The notes under the pieces are model-generated. The model was not told the DNA's origin, ran no database searches, and was given only the letters and a program-made list of their open reading frames with translations. The translations under genes were made by a program, and so were the position numbers. From a virus (taxonomy: Duplodnaviria > Caudoviricetes): 27,517 nucleotides of DNA. The stretch covers positions 1-27,517 of IMG/VR virus record IMGVR_UViG_3300026197_000009; one strand, written 5' to 3'. Positions 1 to 9,570 of the stretch are shown here, one piece after another (the first letter of the stretch is position 1; each line of letters opens with the position of its first letter).

Positions 1-86
1 CTAATATAGCTATGTATATTTCTCTTTCAAGTATTAATACTAGTACGTAGTATTTCCTCCTCGTTTATGTAGAATATTATAGTCAT
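1..86 (-). CDS. Hypothetical protein, runs off the left edge (MTIIFYINEEEILRTSINTGKRNIHSYI...)
   Basis: ATG at 86 with TTTA at -21; open to the window edge with one TGA. Confidence 0.5.
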
Positions 87-358
87 GCACCATCGTTATG
101 ACATAAACCATCAGAGGCTTCATCTATGTCATACATATCCTCTATACAAGATCAAGATCTTTCTAGGTTATACTCTAACAAGTCGAGATCTGTTTGCGTT
201 TCCATTGCTTCCTCTTCCTCTTGTTTTGTATATTTCTTGTCTTGTACGTCTTTTACTATTTGCATAAATTCCCTCTCTTCTTTGGTTGTTTGAAAAGGCT
301 TCAGTTGTTTTCTCATTTTATCGTATAACTTATTTTGTTTCTCTCGATCCATTGGCAT
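77..358 (-). CDS. Hypothetical protein, ~93 aa
   Basis: Track ORF 152..358 extended through TGA to TAA at 77-79; TTTA at -23. Confidence 0.75.
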
Positions 359-385
359 TTTTAAGTAGTTTAAAAACTAAAAAAT

Positions 386-619
386 TTATCTCATACAAAT
401 GACGATCTCATTTTTTGTTTGTGTTTGTTTCCAGTGACAAACATATCAATCATTCAAAAGGTTGTCTTTTTCTTGTATATACATTTTGTAAGGTATTTTT
501 ATATACTCGCTTTGTACTGGTTGCTTTCTTATAAGCGTAAACCATATAAGGAAAAACACAAATAAAGCAATAGAAACCCAAATATAAAAGTTTTGCTTTT
601 GTTTTTGTGTGTTTGACAT
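386..619 (-). CDS. Small single-TM membrane protein, 77 aa
   Basis: MSNTQKQKQNFYIWVSIALFVFFLIWFTLIRKQ hydrophobic helix; reads through TGA 446-448 to TAA 386-388. Confidence 0.75.
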
Positions 620-677
620 TCTAAAGAATAAATAAATAAAAAGACTACGAACACCTCTTGCATATTGCAAGCATAAA

Positions 678-899
678 CTATATAATACAACTATTTTTAA
701 TTATATCAAAGAATTTTTTTTCTGTTCTCCTTCAAATATTTTTATCTGTATTTTCGATTGTTCTTATGTGTTCTTTCACATACTTGTCACCAAATGGGAT
801 AAAATGCACCTCTTCAATAACATATCAATCTGTATATAATTTACAATCAAATTTATTATCAATAAGTCGATTCCAATCTGATAGTTTTTTTATATTCAT
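678..899 (-). CDS. Hypothetical protein, 73 aa
   Basis: ATG 899, two in-frame TGA, TAG 678-680; TTTA at -23. Confidence 0.7.
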
Positions 900-1019
900 A
901 GTATAACATATAAATAAATAAAAAGGTTGAAAGGTTTGGTTTTACTGGTTTTTGTTTTGTAGAGGTGCAAAACCTCGCAAATGTCCTCTACCTTACACAA
1001 GCCGTCAAGCCATCTTGTG

Positions 1020-1331
1020 TTATACAATATGTACATTATAATCTAATCAATTAGATATTTTTTTTGTTTTAAACTCTTTTTCTCATTTATCAAGTTTTTT
1101 CTTTATCTCATCATAATTAAATCAAATTTTTTCAATAAACTGTTTGAAATACTTTTTTGTTGTTCTTGAATGGTCTCGATCTGGATAGATGTAGATTATG
1201 CGTTCAGGTCGGCTTATCTTGCATATCTTGCTGTTGTAAGACTGAAATACCTCGTTTTTGTAGTCGGTAATATGAAACTGATTAGCGACTGGATTCCCAG
1301 TTCTAGGTGATAAAAGGTTTGATACTTCCAT
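1020..1331 (-). CDS. Conserved-looking phage hypothetical protein, 103 aa (NPVANQF...FQSYNS...PDWDHSRTTKKY)
   Basis: Extended through TGA to TAA 1020-1022; a WDxSRTT motif recalled from phage proteins appears when CGA 1176-1178 is Trp. Confidence 0.8.
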
Positions 1332-1365
1332 TTTTTTTAAATAAGAATATAAAAAGGGTTTTTAA

Positions 1366-1425
1366 TTAGATAAGTTGTAGATCTATAAGATCTTGAGTGT
1401 CTCAATCTGAGAGTACAAATCACAT
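1366..1425 (-). CDS. Micro-ORF, 19 aa (MGFVLSDGDTQDLIDLQLI)
   Basis: Same CCTTTTATA leader as its neighbours at the same spacing; exactly fills the gap between two genes. Confidence 0.5.
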
Positions 1426-1457
1426 TTTTGGATTGGTTAAGATATAAAAGGGTGTTT

Positions 1458-1607
1458 TTAATTGGCAAAAAAGGCTGTGTCTTCCTTAACTCGTTGATCT
1501 AGTTCATAAGTTCATAAATAAGCAACTAGCTCATCAAATAACTGTTCTTTTGTGAAAACTCACTCATCAATAAGATCTTGTACTTGTGCAAAGTTTGATA
1601 GTTCCAT
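1458..1607 (-). CDS. Small acidic hypothetical protein, 49 aa (first leftward gene)
   Basis: MELSNFAQVQDLIDEGVFTKEQLFDELVAYLGTYELDQWVKEDTAFFAN; TTTA at -22. Confidence 0.7.
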
Positions 1608-1736
1608 TTTTATAACATAATAATATAAAAGGTTGTTTTAATAATACTAATATCAATCGTTAATGCAAGAGATTTTTAAGTCTATATTTTTATTCGGTTG
1701 ACTGTGCCGAGATTTCCCTTGCTTGATTGTGTTGTC

Positions 1737-1764
1737 ATTATAATCAGAAAAAGACAAAAATCAA
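1737..1764 (-). promoter_or_regulatory. Leftward sigma70-like promoter TTGATT-N16-TATAAT
   Basis: Reverse complement reads TTGATT tttgtctttttctgat TATAAT, upstream of the leftward cluster. Confidence 0.65.
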
Positions 1765-2007
1765 GGGATAAATCAAAAAAACTTTTTGACTTGAAATATG
1801 CTTGATAACTAGTCAAATAAGAAAACGCTATACACTTTTTTGTCAAAAGCACTACAAAAACAAAAATAAATACTTATAAAAAAGATATAAAGAAAAACAA
1901 ACAATACACACAATAATAATAAACAATATATTTATTGTTAATTGTGACGACAGTGAGTATTACTTCAACATCTATTAAATGCATTTACCATCACATATAT
2001 ATAAGTA

Positions 2008-2589
2008 ATGAATAAACATAATACAAAGATAGATCCAAAAACAAACGATGATACACAAAAAGATAATAAAACAATAAAGACATCCCAAACATGGGATACT
2101 TTCCTCAAAAAGAAATCAGTTAAAAGAGTGTGACGTCCTTTGGCTGTTAGATCAGTAAAAGAGCTTTCAGAAAAGATGCAAGAATATATAGAACTATTGT
2201 ATGAATATAACAACAATGAGGCAAGCCTTAACAAAAAATTCCCATCATTGGAATGATTTGCTGTTATGTCCTGAATATCAGTTAGCACCTTGTATAGGTA
2301 TGCTGATGACGAAAAATATTGAAGGGTTATTGAAGCGTTTAAATCCTTACAAGGCGAGATATTATTAGATAAGATCAGTGATAAGAAGACATTTACGCCC
2401 TGACAGCAGTTCTTGCTTAAGAACATACTGAAAGACCACTATAAAGACAAAATAGAGACTGAAACAACGCACACTCACACGCTTGAAGCGGGGGAAAGCC
2501 TACGTAGTCTTGTTGAGGAAAAGGATAATATGCTCGGTAATACTCAAGAGTGGGAAACAATACCATCAGAAGACATGAACGACGCTTAG
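2008..2589 (+). CDS. terS: Terminase small subunit (P22 gp3-like), 193 aa
   Basis: With TGA=Gly: VGRP, PSLEGFAVMSGISVSTLYRYA (HTH), FLLKN...YKDKIE; upstream of terL. Confidence 0.85.
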
Positions 2590-2698
2590 AATTCAGTATA
2601 CAAAGCCTCTTGATAGTGTTTCCACCTTGCACAAGACTCATTGTGCAAAGTGTCCCCCCAAAGCATAGGTATCTCCTAGGTTTAGTTATGCCAAAGCA

Positions 2699-2727
2699 TT
2701 GACAAAACAGCCATATTATGGTATAAT
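2699..2727 (+). promoter_or_regulatory. Perfect-consensus sigma70 promoter TTGACA-N17-TATAAT with extended -10 TG
   Basis: TTGACA 2699-2704, TG 2719-2720, TATAAT 2722-2727. Confidence 0.75.
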
Positions 2728-2798
2728 CACAACGACGGGAGGGAGGAGGATGGAGACGGCGAATATTTATTTATAATCATCACTTCCCAACCATAGAA

Positions 2799-2816
2799 TT
2801 TCCAAAATTTTGGAAA
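2799..2816. repeat. Perfect 18-bp palindrome TTTCCAAAATTTTGGAAA flanked by GGGAGGGAGG direct repeats
   Basis: Read directly; repeats begin at 2737 and 2824. Confidence 0.8.
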
Positions 2817-3009
2817 CTTCATAGGGAGGGAGGGGTATTTGCAGAGATAAGGAGAATAAAACATAAGAAAAGTAAAAAAAATTTTACAAAAAAATTGAGA
2901 TATTTACCCCCAATAGTTGACATTTCAAAAAAGTGGGTATCAGGTGAATAGATAGTTAGCCAAAGATTTACTGTATGTAGGGAATGATTTATAAATTAAT
3001 ATATAAAAA

Positions 3010-3216
3010 ATGTCAAGTATAAAAGTAAAACATAAGATAGGAGATATTGTGCAGCACTCATTTAATGATGAAAAATTTAAGGTAATTGGATATACTTATA
3101 TAGATGGTGATTGAGTGCAATATATATGTATGTGAAATTCTGCTTGAGATTTGTATAATTTCAGGGATATAGAATTAGTAAGTAGTAATGAAACAACTAT
3201 AAACTTTAAGATATAA
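3010..3216 (+). CDS. Small beta-rich protein (KOW/SH3-like), 68 aa
   Basis: KHKIGDIVQH...FKVIG...YNFRDIEL pattern; three TGA read through. Confidence 0.75.
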
Positions 3217-3316
3217 ACAGTCGGGTCGCTTAAGTGCTAGGTAGACGGGGAGATTGGGTGAAAACCTGAAGTCCTGGGGTGGGAGTTCGTGGGAGCGAAA
3301 AAAAATAAAGAATCTC

Positions 3317-3344
3317 TTGATTTTTGAAAAAATATCCTTATAAC
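3317..3344 (+). promoter_or_regulatory. Putative promoter TTGATT-N16-TATAAC
   Basis: Same architecture as the promoters at 1737-1764 and 6335-6362; immediately upstream of the CAP gene. Confidence 0.5.
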
Positions 3345-3373
3345 ACTAGTATTTAATTTATAATAATATTATT

Positions 3374-3826
3374 ATGAAGAAACTATTCTTAGTGTTATTG
3401 TTTTTATGTATTGTTGGTGTATGATTTAGTTTCACTAATGAGTGGGATGTAGCGAATCAGGATTACACTGCAGATGAATGAGAGATATTAGAATTACACA
3501 ATTTTGTTAGAGGGTATATATGATTAGAAGAATTGGAGATAGATAGCGATTTAACGGATCTAGCTTTAGAGAGATGTAAGTATGTGTATAGAACAGAGAA
3601 ATTAACGCATTGATGGCATTTCAATAATTTAGCTGATGAGTATATTGCTGAAAAAGATGTAAACTTTGTGTGAGAGAATCTTGGGCAGTTTTATTTTAAC
3701 AATCTGTCTTTAATGATGGCATGGATAAAGAGTCCTACGCATTTAGATAATATTCTATTTAAAGAGTATAGATATATAGGAATTGTAGATTATTGACCTT
3801 ACACATGTGTAAGTTTTAGTACATAG
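3374..3826 (+). CDS. Secreted CAP (SCP/YkwD-like) domain protein, 150 aa
   Basis: N-terminal signal/anchor MKKLFLVLLFLCIVGVG; ILELHNFVR..GL..L, LTH, VGENLG, AWIKSPTHLDNIL...YIGI CAP motifs. Confidence 0.88.
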
Positions 3827-3839
3827 TGATAGATAGCGA

Positions 3840-4013
3840 ATGAAGTGTCATGATTGTTTAGAAAGACGAACAGAAGAATGAGCTGTTGGTTATGAGTGTG
3901 AGATATGTTGAGAAAGATACATAAGTATTGGTAATCTAAAGCCTAAGATTTGTATGAAATGCTCTGAAGAGAATAATTTATGTATGATATGTAAATCAGA
4001 TGGAGGAGAATAA
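3840..4013 (+). CDS. Cys-rich double zinc-ribbon protein, 57 aa
   Basis: Four CxxC pairs: CHDC, CEIC, CMKC, CMIC. Confidence 0.8.
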
Positions 4014-5652
4014 TGCTATAAATGAGATCTGGGACATTGATAAGGTTACTAATCCTTTAACAAAGAAGCTATTAGCTTCATGGTTAGAGGAATTAAATAA
4101 AGAGCATCCCAAGAAATCGGATAAAGACAAAAAAGAGATACTTAATAAAAAGTTAAGAGATTTTTTCAAAAAGAACATAAAGAATAGAATATGGAGACTA
4201 GTTAGCTGACATGTATATATGATTAAAGATAAAGATTGATTTATAGTGCCATTTAAGCCAAATAAACAACAGATATACTTATTAAAAAACCAACACCATA
4301 GAAATGTGATATTAAAAGCTAGGCAATTAGGGTTTTCTACACTTATAGAGATACAAGTTGCTGATGCTATAGTGTTTAATGATAACACTACGACATGAGT
4401 TATAGCTGATACACTATCAAACGCACAGTCATTATTTAGAGATAAACTTAAGTTTGCTATAGATAATATACCACACTGAGTAAGGGAAGAATTATGATTA
4501 CAAGCACAAACAGATAGTAAATCAGAGTTGTTTCTTAGTAATGGAAGTATGACAAGTGTTAGCACATCGTATAGATGAGGAACATTGCAAGTAGAACACA
4601 TATCAGAGTTCTGAAAAATATGTGCTAACGATTCAAAGAAAGCAAGAGAGATAGTAACAGGTGCGTTTAATGCTGTGCCTAAAAATTGAATGCTATTTAT
4701 AGAGTCTACAGCAGAAGGTAATAGTTGATATTTCTACGATATATTTAAAAAAGCTTGGGAATATAAAGAAAAATGAAAGAAACTATCTCCATTAGATTTT
4801 AAGCCATTCTTTTTTCCTCGACATGAAGAGGAGTCTTATAGATTAGACGATGAAGATATTATTATCACATCAGAAGATGAGTTATATTTCAATAAACTAG
4901 CTACAAGATGAATTGAGTTAGATGAATCACAGAAAAAGTGGTACGTTAAAATGAAAGAGACACAATGAGATGATATGTGAAGAGAGTATCCTAGTTATTG
5001 GGAAGAAGCGTTTGATTTGGCAGTAAAATGAGCTTTTTATGAGAGAGAACTATCTTTAGTAAGGAGACAAGATAGGATATGTAAAGTACCTTATGATAGT
5101 AATCTTGATGTATATGCTGCTTGGGACTTGTGATGAGCAAGTAAGGCTTGAGATGAGACAGCTATATGGTTCTTCCAGTTGTTTGGTAATGAGATAAGGA
5201 TAATAGACTACTGGGAAGGTAATTGATATAGTATATTAGAAATATTGAATCATATTATTAGTAAAAAGCCATACAAGATAGAGAAACACTATCTCCCACA
5301 CGATTCAGAAGTAACAGAGATGAGCACAGGAGTTAGGAGAACGCAAATATTCAAAAAACTATGACATACATATCAAGTTATAAAGAAAGCAGCTATTTCA
5401 GACTGAATAGACGCTGTAAGAACAATATTTAACAGATGTTACTTTGATGAAGAGAAAACAGCACAATGAATAAAGTGTTTATCTCATTATCAGAGGGAAT
5501 GGGACGAGAAAAATTGAGTATTTAAGCCTCAACCATTACATAATCGAGCTTCACATGGTGCAGATGCGTTCAGATATTTAGCCACAGCACTTATGAAGAT
5601 AGAAAAAAGAAAAAATAAAAAATTTAAGGTTGCAAAAGCTAAACGAGTATAG
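4000..5652 (+). CDS. terL: Terminase large subunit, 550 aa
   Basis: Walker A KARQLGFST, YRGGTLQ, Walker B HISEFG, ESTAEG coupling motif, FFFPW, AWDLG, YLPHD, PLHNWASHGADAFRY; open to TAG 5650-5652 with TGA=Gly. Confidence 0.97.
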
Positions 5653-5679
5653 TATTTTAAATTATAATTATTATAAAAG

Positions 5680-5976
5680 ATGAATTATTTCAAAATTAGT
5701 TCAGAAGACTACAGCAAAATCCTTAATATGTTTAAGGATAGAGAAGAAAAAGTGCTAAAAGTTATTGATGATTTACTAGGAGATGGAGATGAAAGAGGTA
5801 TTAACGCTCTTTTGGATGTACAAAAGTATAAAATCCACACAGAAAGTGAATTATTTACACTTAAAAAGAACGAAGAAGACATGGAAAAACAAAAAGAGCT
5901 TAAAGAAGCAGAAGAAAAAGAAAAAGAAGAGGCTGAAGTAGAAGAAGATGAAGAAGAAAGCTCAGATGATGAGTAA
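5680..5976 (+). CDS. Hypothetical protein with acidic tail, 98 aa
   Basis: Intact ORF; TTTA at -24. Confidence 0.8.
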   Translation: MNYFKISSEDYSKILNMFKDREEKVLKVIDDLLGDGDERGINALLDVQKYKIHTESELFTLKKNEEDMEKQKELKEAEEKEKEEAEVEEDEEESSDDE

Positions 5977-5996
5977 TTTATATCCTAATTACAAGG

Positions 5997-6266
5997 ATGA
6001 GAGGTAATAAACACATTACAAACCCATTTATTGTTACTATGACAAGAGAAGAATACTCAGAAATGGTATCTATACTGATAAATAGAATAGATAAAGTCTT
6101 AAATGATATTGATAAATATGATACAGGCTATGTTTTGAGCGTTATTAGTTGTTTATCAGACTTAACTACTCTATTAATAGAGTGTAAAGAATGAGAAATC
6201 AATGTAAATCATTATAACAATCTCATAGACGAAATGGTTGAAAGGCTAATGAAATTGCAAAAATAA
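5997..6266 (+). CDS. Hypothetical protein, 89 aa
   Basis: Track ORF extended through TGA 6192-6194 to TAA 6264-6266. Confidence 0.75.
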
Positions 6267-6291
6267 AAACGCCTAAATAATACTACATTAG

Positions 6292-6324
6292 AAGCATATC
6301 CAAAAACAAGGGTATGCTTTTTTT
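6292..6324 (+). terminator. Intrinsic terminator after the packaging genes
   Basis: Stem AAGCATATCC/GGGTATGCTT running into a T-tract. Confidence 0.75.
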
Positions 6325-6334
6325 GTTATACCAG

Positions 6335-6362
6335 TTGATTTTGTCGTAAAAATAGTTATAAT
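6335..6362 (+). promoter_or_regulatory. Promoter for the virion operon, TTGATT-N16-TATAAT
   Basis: Directly after the terminator and upstream of portal. Confidence 0.65.
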
Positions 6363-6483
6363 TGCTTTAGAATTTTATAATGGTATAAACTACCAGTGAT
6401 AAAAACTAATAACGCTTATTTCCATTTATAGAACAATGAGAACTACAATTAAGTGGTTGATTTTTTATTTATAAGATTAATTA

Positions 6484-8520
6484 ATGGCTGTTAATCATCA
6501 AAGTATAATGATAGACAAATGGGAAAAAAGCTTGGGTAAAAAGTGGTCTAAAATCAAAGAATCTAAATCAGATAGATGATTAGATTGGTATAGAAGGACA
6601 TGAGAGCAAATAAAAGCTGAAGATATATTAAAATATACTGAATTACAGAAAGATATTGTTTGAGCTTTATCACAATATAAAACTCAAGCAGAATCAAACT
6701 CAAAAAAGAAGCATAAACTATTTGTAGAGCGAGAAAGAGCAAGAACAAAGCCAGAAGTTTTTGATACAAACCATATTAAAGAGTATCTCCTACACCAACA
6801 CATAAAAGCTGCTACAGGTACTTATTATGATTCATGACTTAATGTAGAATATACTGGAGAGGAGTGAATATTAGACCAAGAGCAAGCACAAGTGTTTGCT
6901 GCACTAGCCAAGAATAGAAAAAAGGTTATGCAAAAGGATAAGAAAGATATGAAGTGGTTAGATAATGTATTATTTTATGGTTGTGGTATTGAGTGGAAGA
7001 CTTGATATGATAAAAACGCAGATGTTCTTACATATGAAGTGGTTAATCCAAAATATTGGATGCCAGACCCACAAGGTGATGTACTTACTAATAAGTTCTT
7101 ATATCATATTCTATCTACAAAATCAACAATAGAAGAATTGGTATATAATCCTAAACTATTCAACTTACAAAATCTTACAACATCATATAAAGACCCTAAT
7201 TGGACTGCTACTGATGCTACAAGATATTTAAGTTCAAGCGAATGAAACGATAATTTCTATCAAATATATAATTGGTCTGTACAAATAGGTAAATGGAAAT
7301 ATAGATGTGCGTTGTCTAATGATAATGGTAACATAATATTCCGAGAACCTATACAACCAATAAACCAAGAAGAAAGAAACGATCCTTCAAAGATACCTCA
7401 CGATGTAAATGTTACTAATTTGTTTTCTTTGGAAGGCGACCCTTTTGGAATGTGATATGCAGAGCTTATCTTATCTTTCCAAAATGCTAAGAATAGATTA
7501 AATAATTACGCAATTATAAAAGAACAAAGATATGCTGGTTTTGGTAACTACTTAGTAGATAATAATATCATACCAGATATAGATATGTTACTTGAAAGAA
7601 GCGAGAAGTGACCTATCTTTGTACCTACAGATAACCCTGATTGAGCACCATTAAGTAATGCTATAGCTCCTGTACAGGAGGAATGAGCAGATGGTAGCAC
7701 GCTTAATATAGCAGATAGAATTGATGTATTAGCAGGAAACCAAACTTGACAAACATCTATGAATAGATGAGCGAGCCCAGGAGCTGAAACGTTATGACAG
7801 TCAAAGATTATGGCTGTTAACTCAAACATCTCTTTCATGATTGATATGACAAATATATGATTTGGTTATGAGAGATTCTGGAAAAACTTCTTTAATAGAA
7901 GTCTCGTAGAGAATCGACCAACATATAAAGAGATATGGTTCAATATGGGAGAAGGGTTGATGACAAGAAAAGTTAAATTAAAGAAACCTAAATTCTTATA
8001 TGGACAAAACCTTGATGTTAGAGTATACTCTAAAGCATTAAGAAGACAAAAAAGGGAAGAAGAAATATTATACATGAGAGAGAAGTTGCAAAACTTAATG
8101 GTTAACCCAAACACACCAGAGTTTTCTAAAAAGTATTTCCAAAGGAAGTATGACGAACTCAATGGTATGGATATGTATGATATAGAATTAGCAAACCGAA
8201 CAGACCCTTCAGAAAGACATGCAAGAGGTATAGTAGAGTTGCTTAATAGAGATATAGAAGTAAAGAACCCATTCAGACCGTGAATGGATTTGAAAACAAT
8301 GTATGTTATTATAAATGAAGCTAACGATTCTGAGCAGAAAACAAAGATATTAGCACAGTTAGATCAACTTATGATAGATGAATGACTAACTACTCCTCAA
8401 CAAGTAGAAGGAGAATGATTCAATATGAATAACTCTATGAACGCAGCTATTACAAATAATAATATACAAAGAAAGCAACAAAATACTGATGTACCTACAA
8501 AGGCTGATTTAATGCAATAA
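6484..8520 (+). CDS. Portal protein (P22-like), 678 aa
   Basis: One frame joins track fragments 7039 and 7945; DNVLFYGCG and DPFGMGYAELI...Q..KNRL.N motifs; size, Q/N-rich tail and position after terL. Confidence 0.85.
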
Positions 8521-8530
8521 CAAACACAAT

Positions 8531-8881
8531 ATGAAAGACATTATACCAAATCTTACTGATGAAAATATAGAGTATGCAGAAGAAGTTGCTGAATTTATTA
8601 AGACAAAATGATTTGATATATTCTATAGACAGATATTATTATGATTATATGAGTCGTATTGTGTTGATGTATTAGCAGACAAAAACCAAGAAGAATCTAG
8701 GATGTATATGCAAGTAATCAAAACAATGTTAGATATACCAAAAAAGACTTTAGACAAGTTAAAAATAGGTAACAGAGACAATAGAAAATATAACGATTAT
8801 TTAGATATAATAAAAGAACAAATAAAAATAGATATTAATGGTAGCACAAAGAATGCTATCAAACAAGATGTAGAGAAGTAA
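8531..8881 (+). CDS. Hypothetical helical protein between portal and scaffold, 116 aa
   Basis: Open with two TGA; TTTA at -23. Confidence 0.75.
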
Positions 8882-8960
8882 CTCTAAAATACGTTTCTTT
8901 GTGTACGAAAACACATTGTTCGGACTATAAAACCGATATTTTATAAATAATACTACTATT

Positions 8961-9545
8961 ATGGTTATTGAAAAAGAAACTTTAGAAAAGCTATCTTCAA
9001 TTAGTGAAGATAACGTTGAAAATCTTGATGTGAATGCAATTAAAGAACTTGCGAAAGGCTATCAAGAAAAAGAAAGCCAAGCACAGGGTCTTACAAGTGC
9101 TTTACAAAAAGACAGAGAAGAACTTAAAATTGTTAAAAAACAATTAGAGGCTTTATCTAAAGAACAGAAACCAGAAAGTGGTGGTTCTGAAGAAGAAAAA
9201 CAAGCTAACAAGAAAAATCAAGAAACTCATGAGGAGTTAGTTAAAAGACTTCTGAAAGAACAAAAAGAGGCAGAAGAAAAAGCTGCCAAACAAAAAGCAG
9301 ATGAAGAGTTTTTTGCAAACAATCCTAGGCTTAATAAAGAAGAGGTTATGGATATTGTAAACAAACACAACTTTACTGCAAAAGAGGCTGTAGAATTTTT
9401 AGCTGCTAAAGATGGTGTAAATGTATCTACTATGATATGAGCACCAGAGGAAGCACCAAAAAAAGATGAAGCTCTTGAAAGAGCTGCAAACATTGCTGGT
9501 ATTTCTATTGAAGAAGCTAAAAAACTAAGAAAGCCTAGAAACTAA
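8961..9545 (+). CDS. Capsid scaffolding protein, 194 aa
   Basis: E/K-rich coiled coil upstream of the capsid genes; extends through one TGA (9438-9440) to TAA 9543-9545. Confidence 0.75.
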
Positions 9546-9570
9546 TTTTATTTTATTTTTATCTTATCTG

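Noticed and set aside
900-1640. CRISPR array from the repeated intergenic motifs
   Set aside because: Repeats are degenerate AT-rich gene leaders separated by ORFs of unequal length; no cas genes
3217-3300. Suppressor tRNA
   Set aside because: No cloverleaf, acceptor stem or proper T-arm found by eye; tRNAscan-SE should confirm
6436-6474. 12-aa ORF MRTTIKWLIFYL in the portal leader
   Set aside because: Too short, nearest TTTA is not at the usual spacing, and no other support
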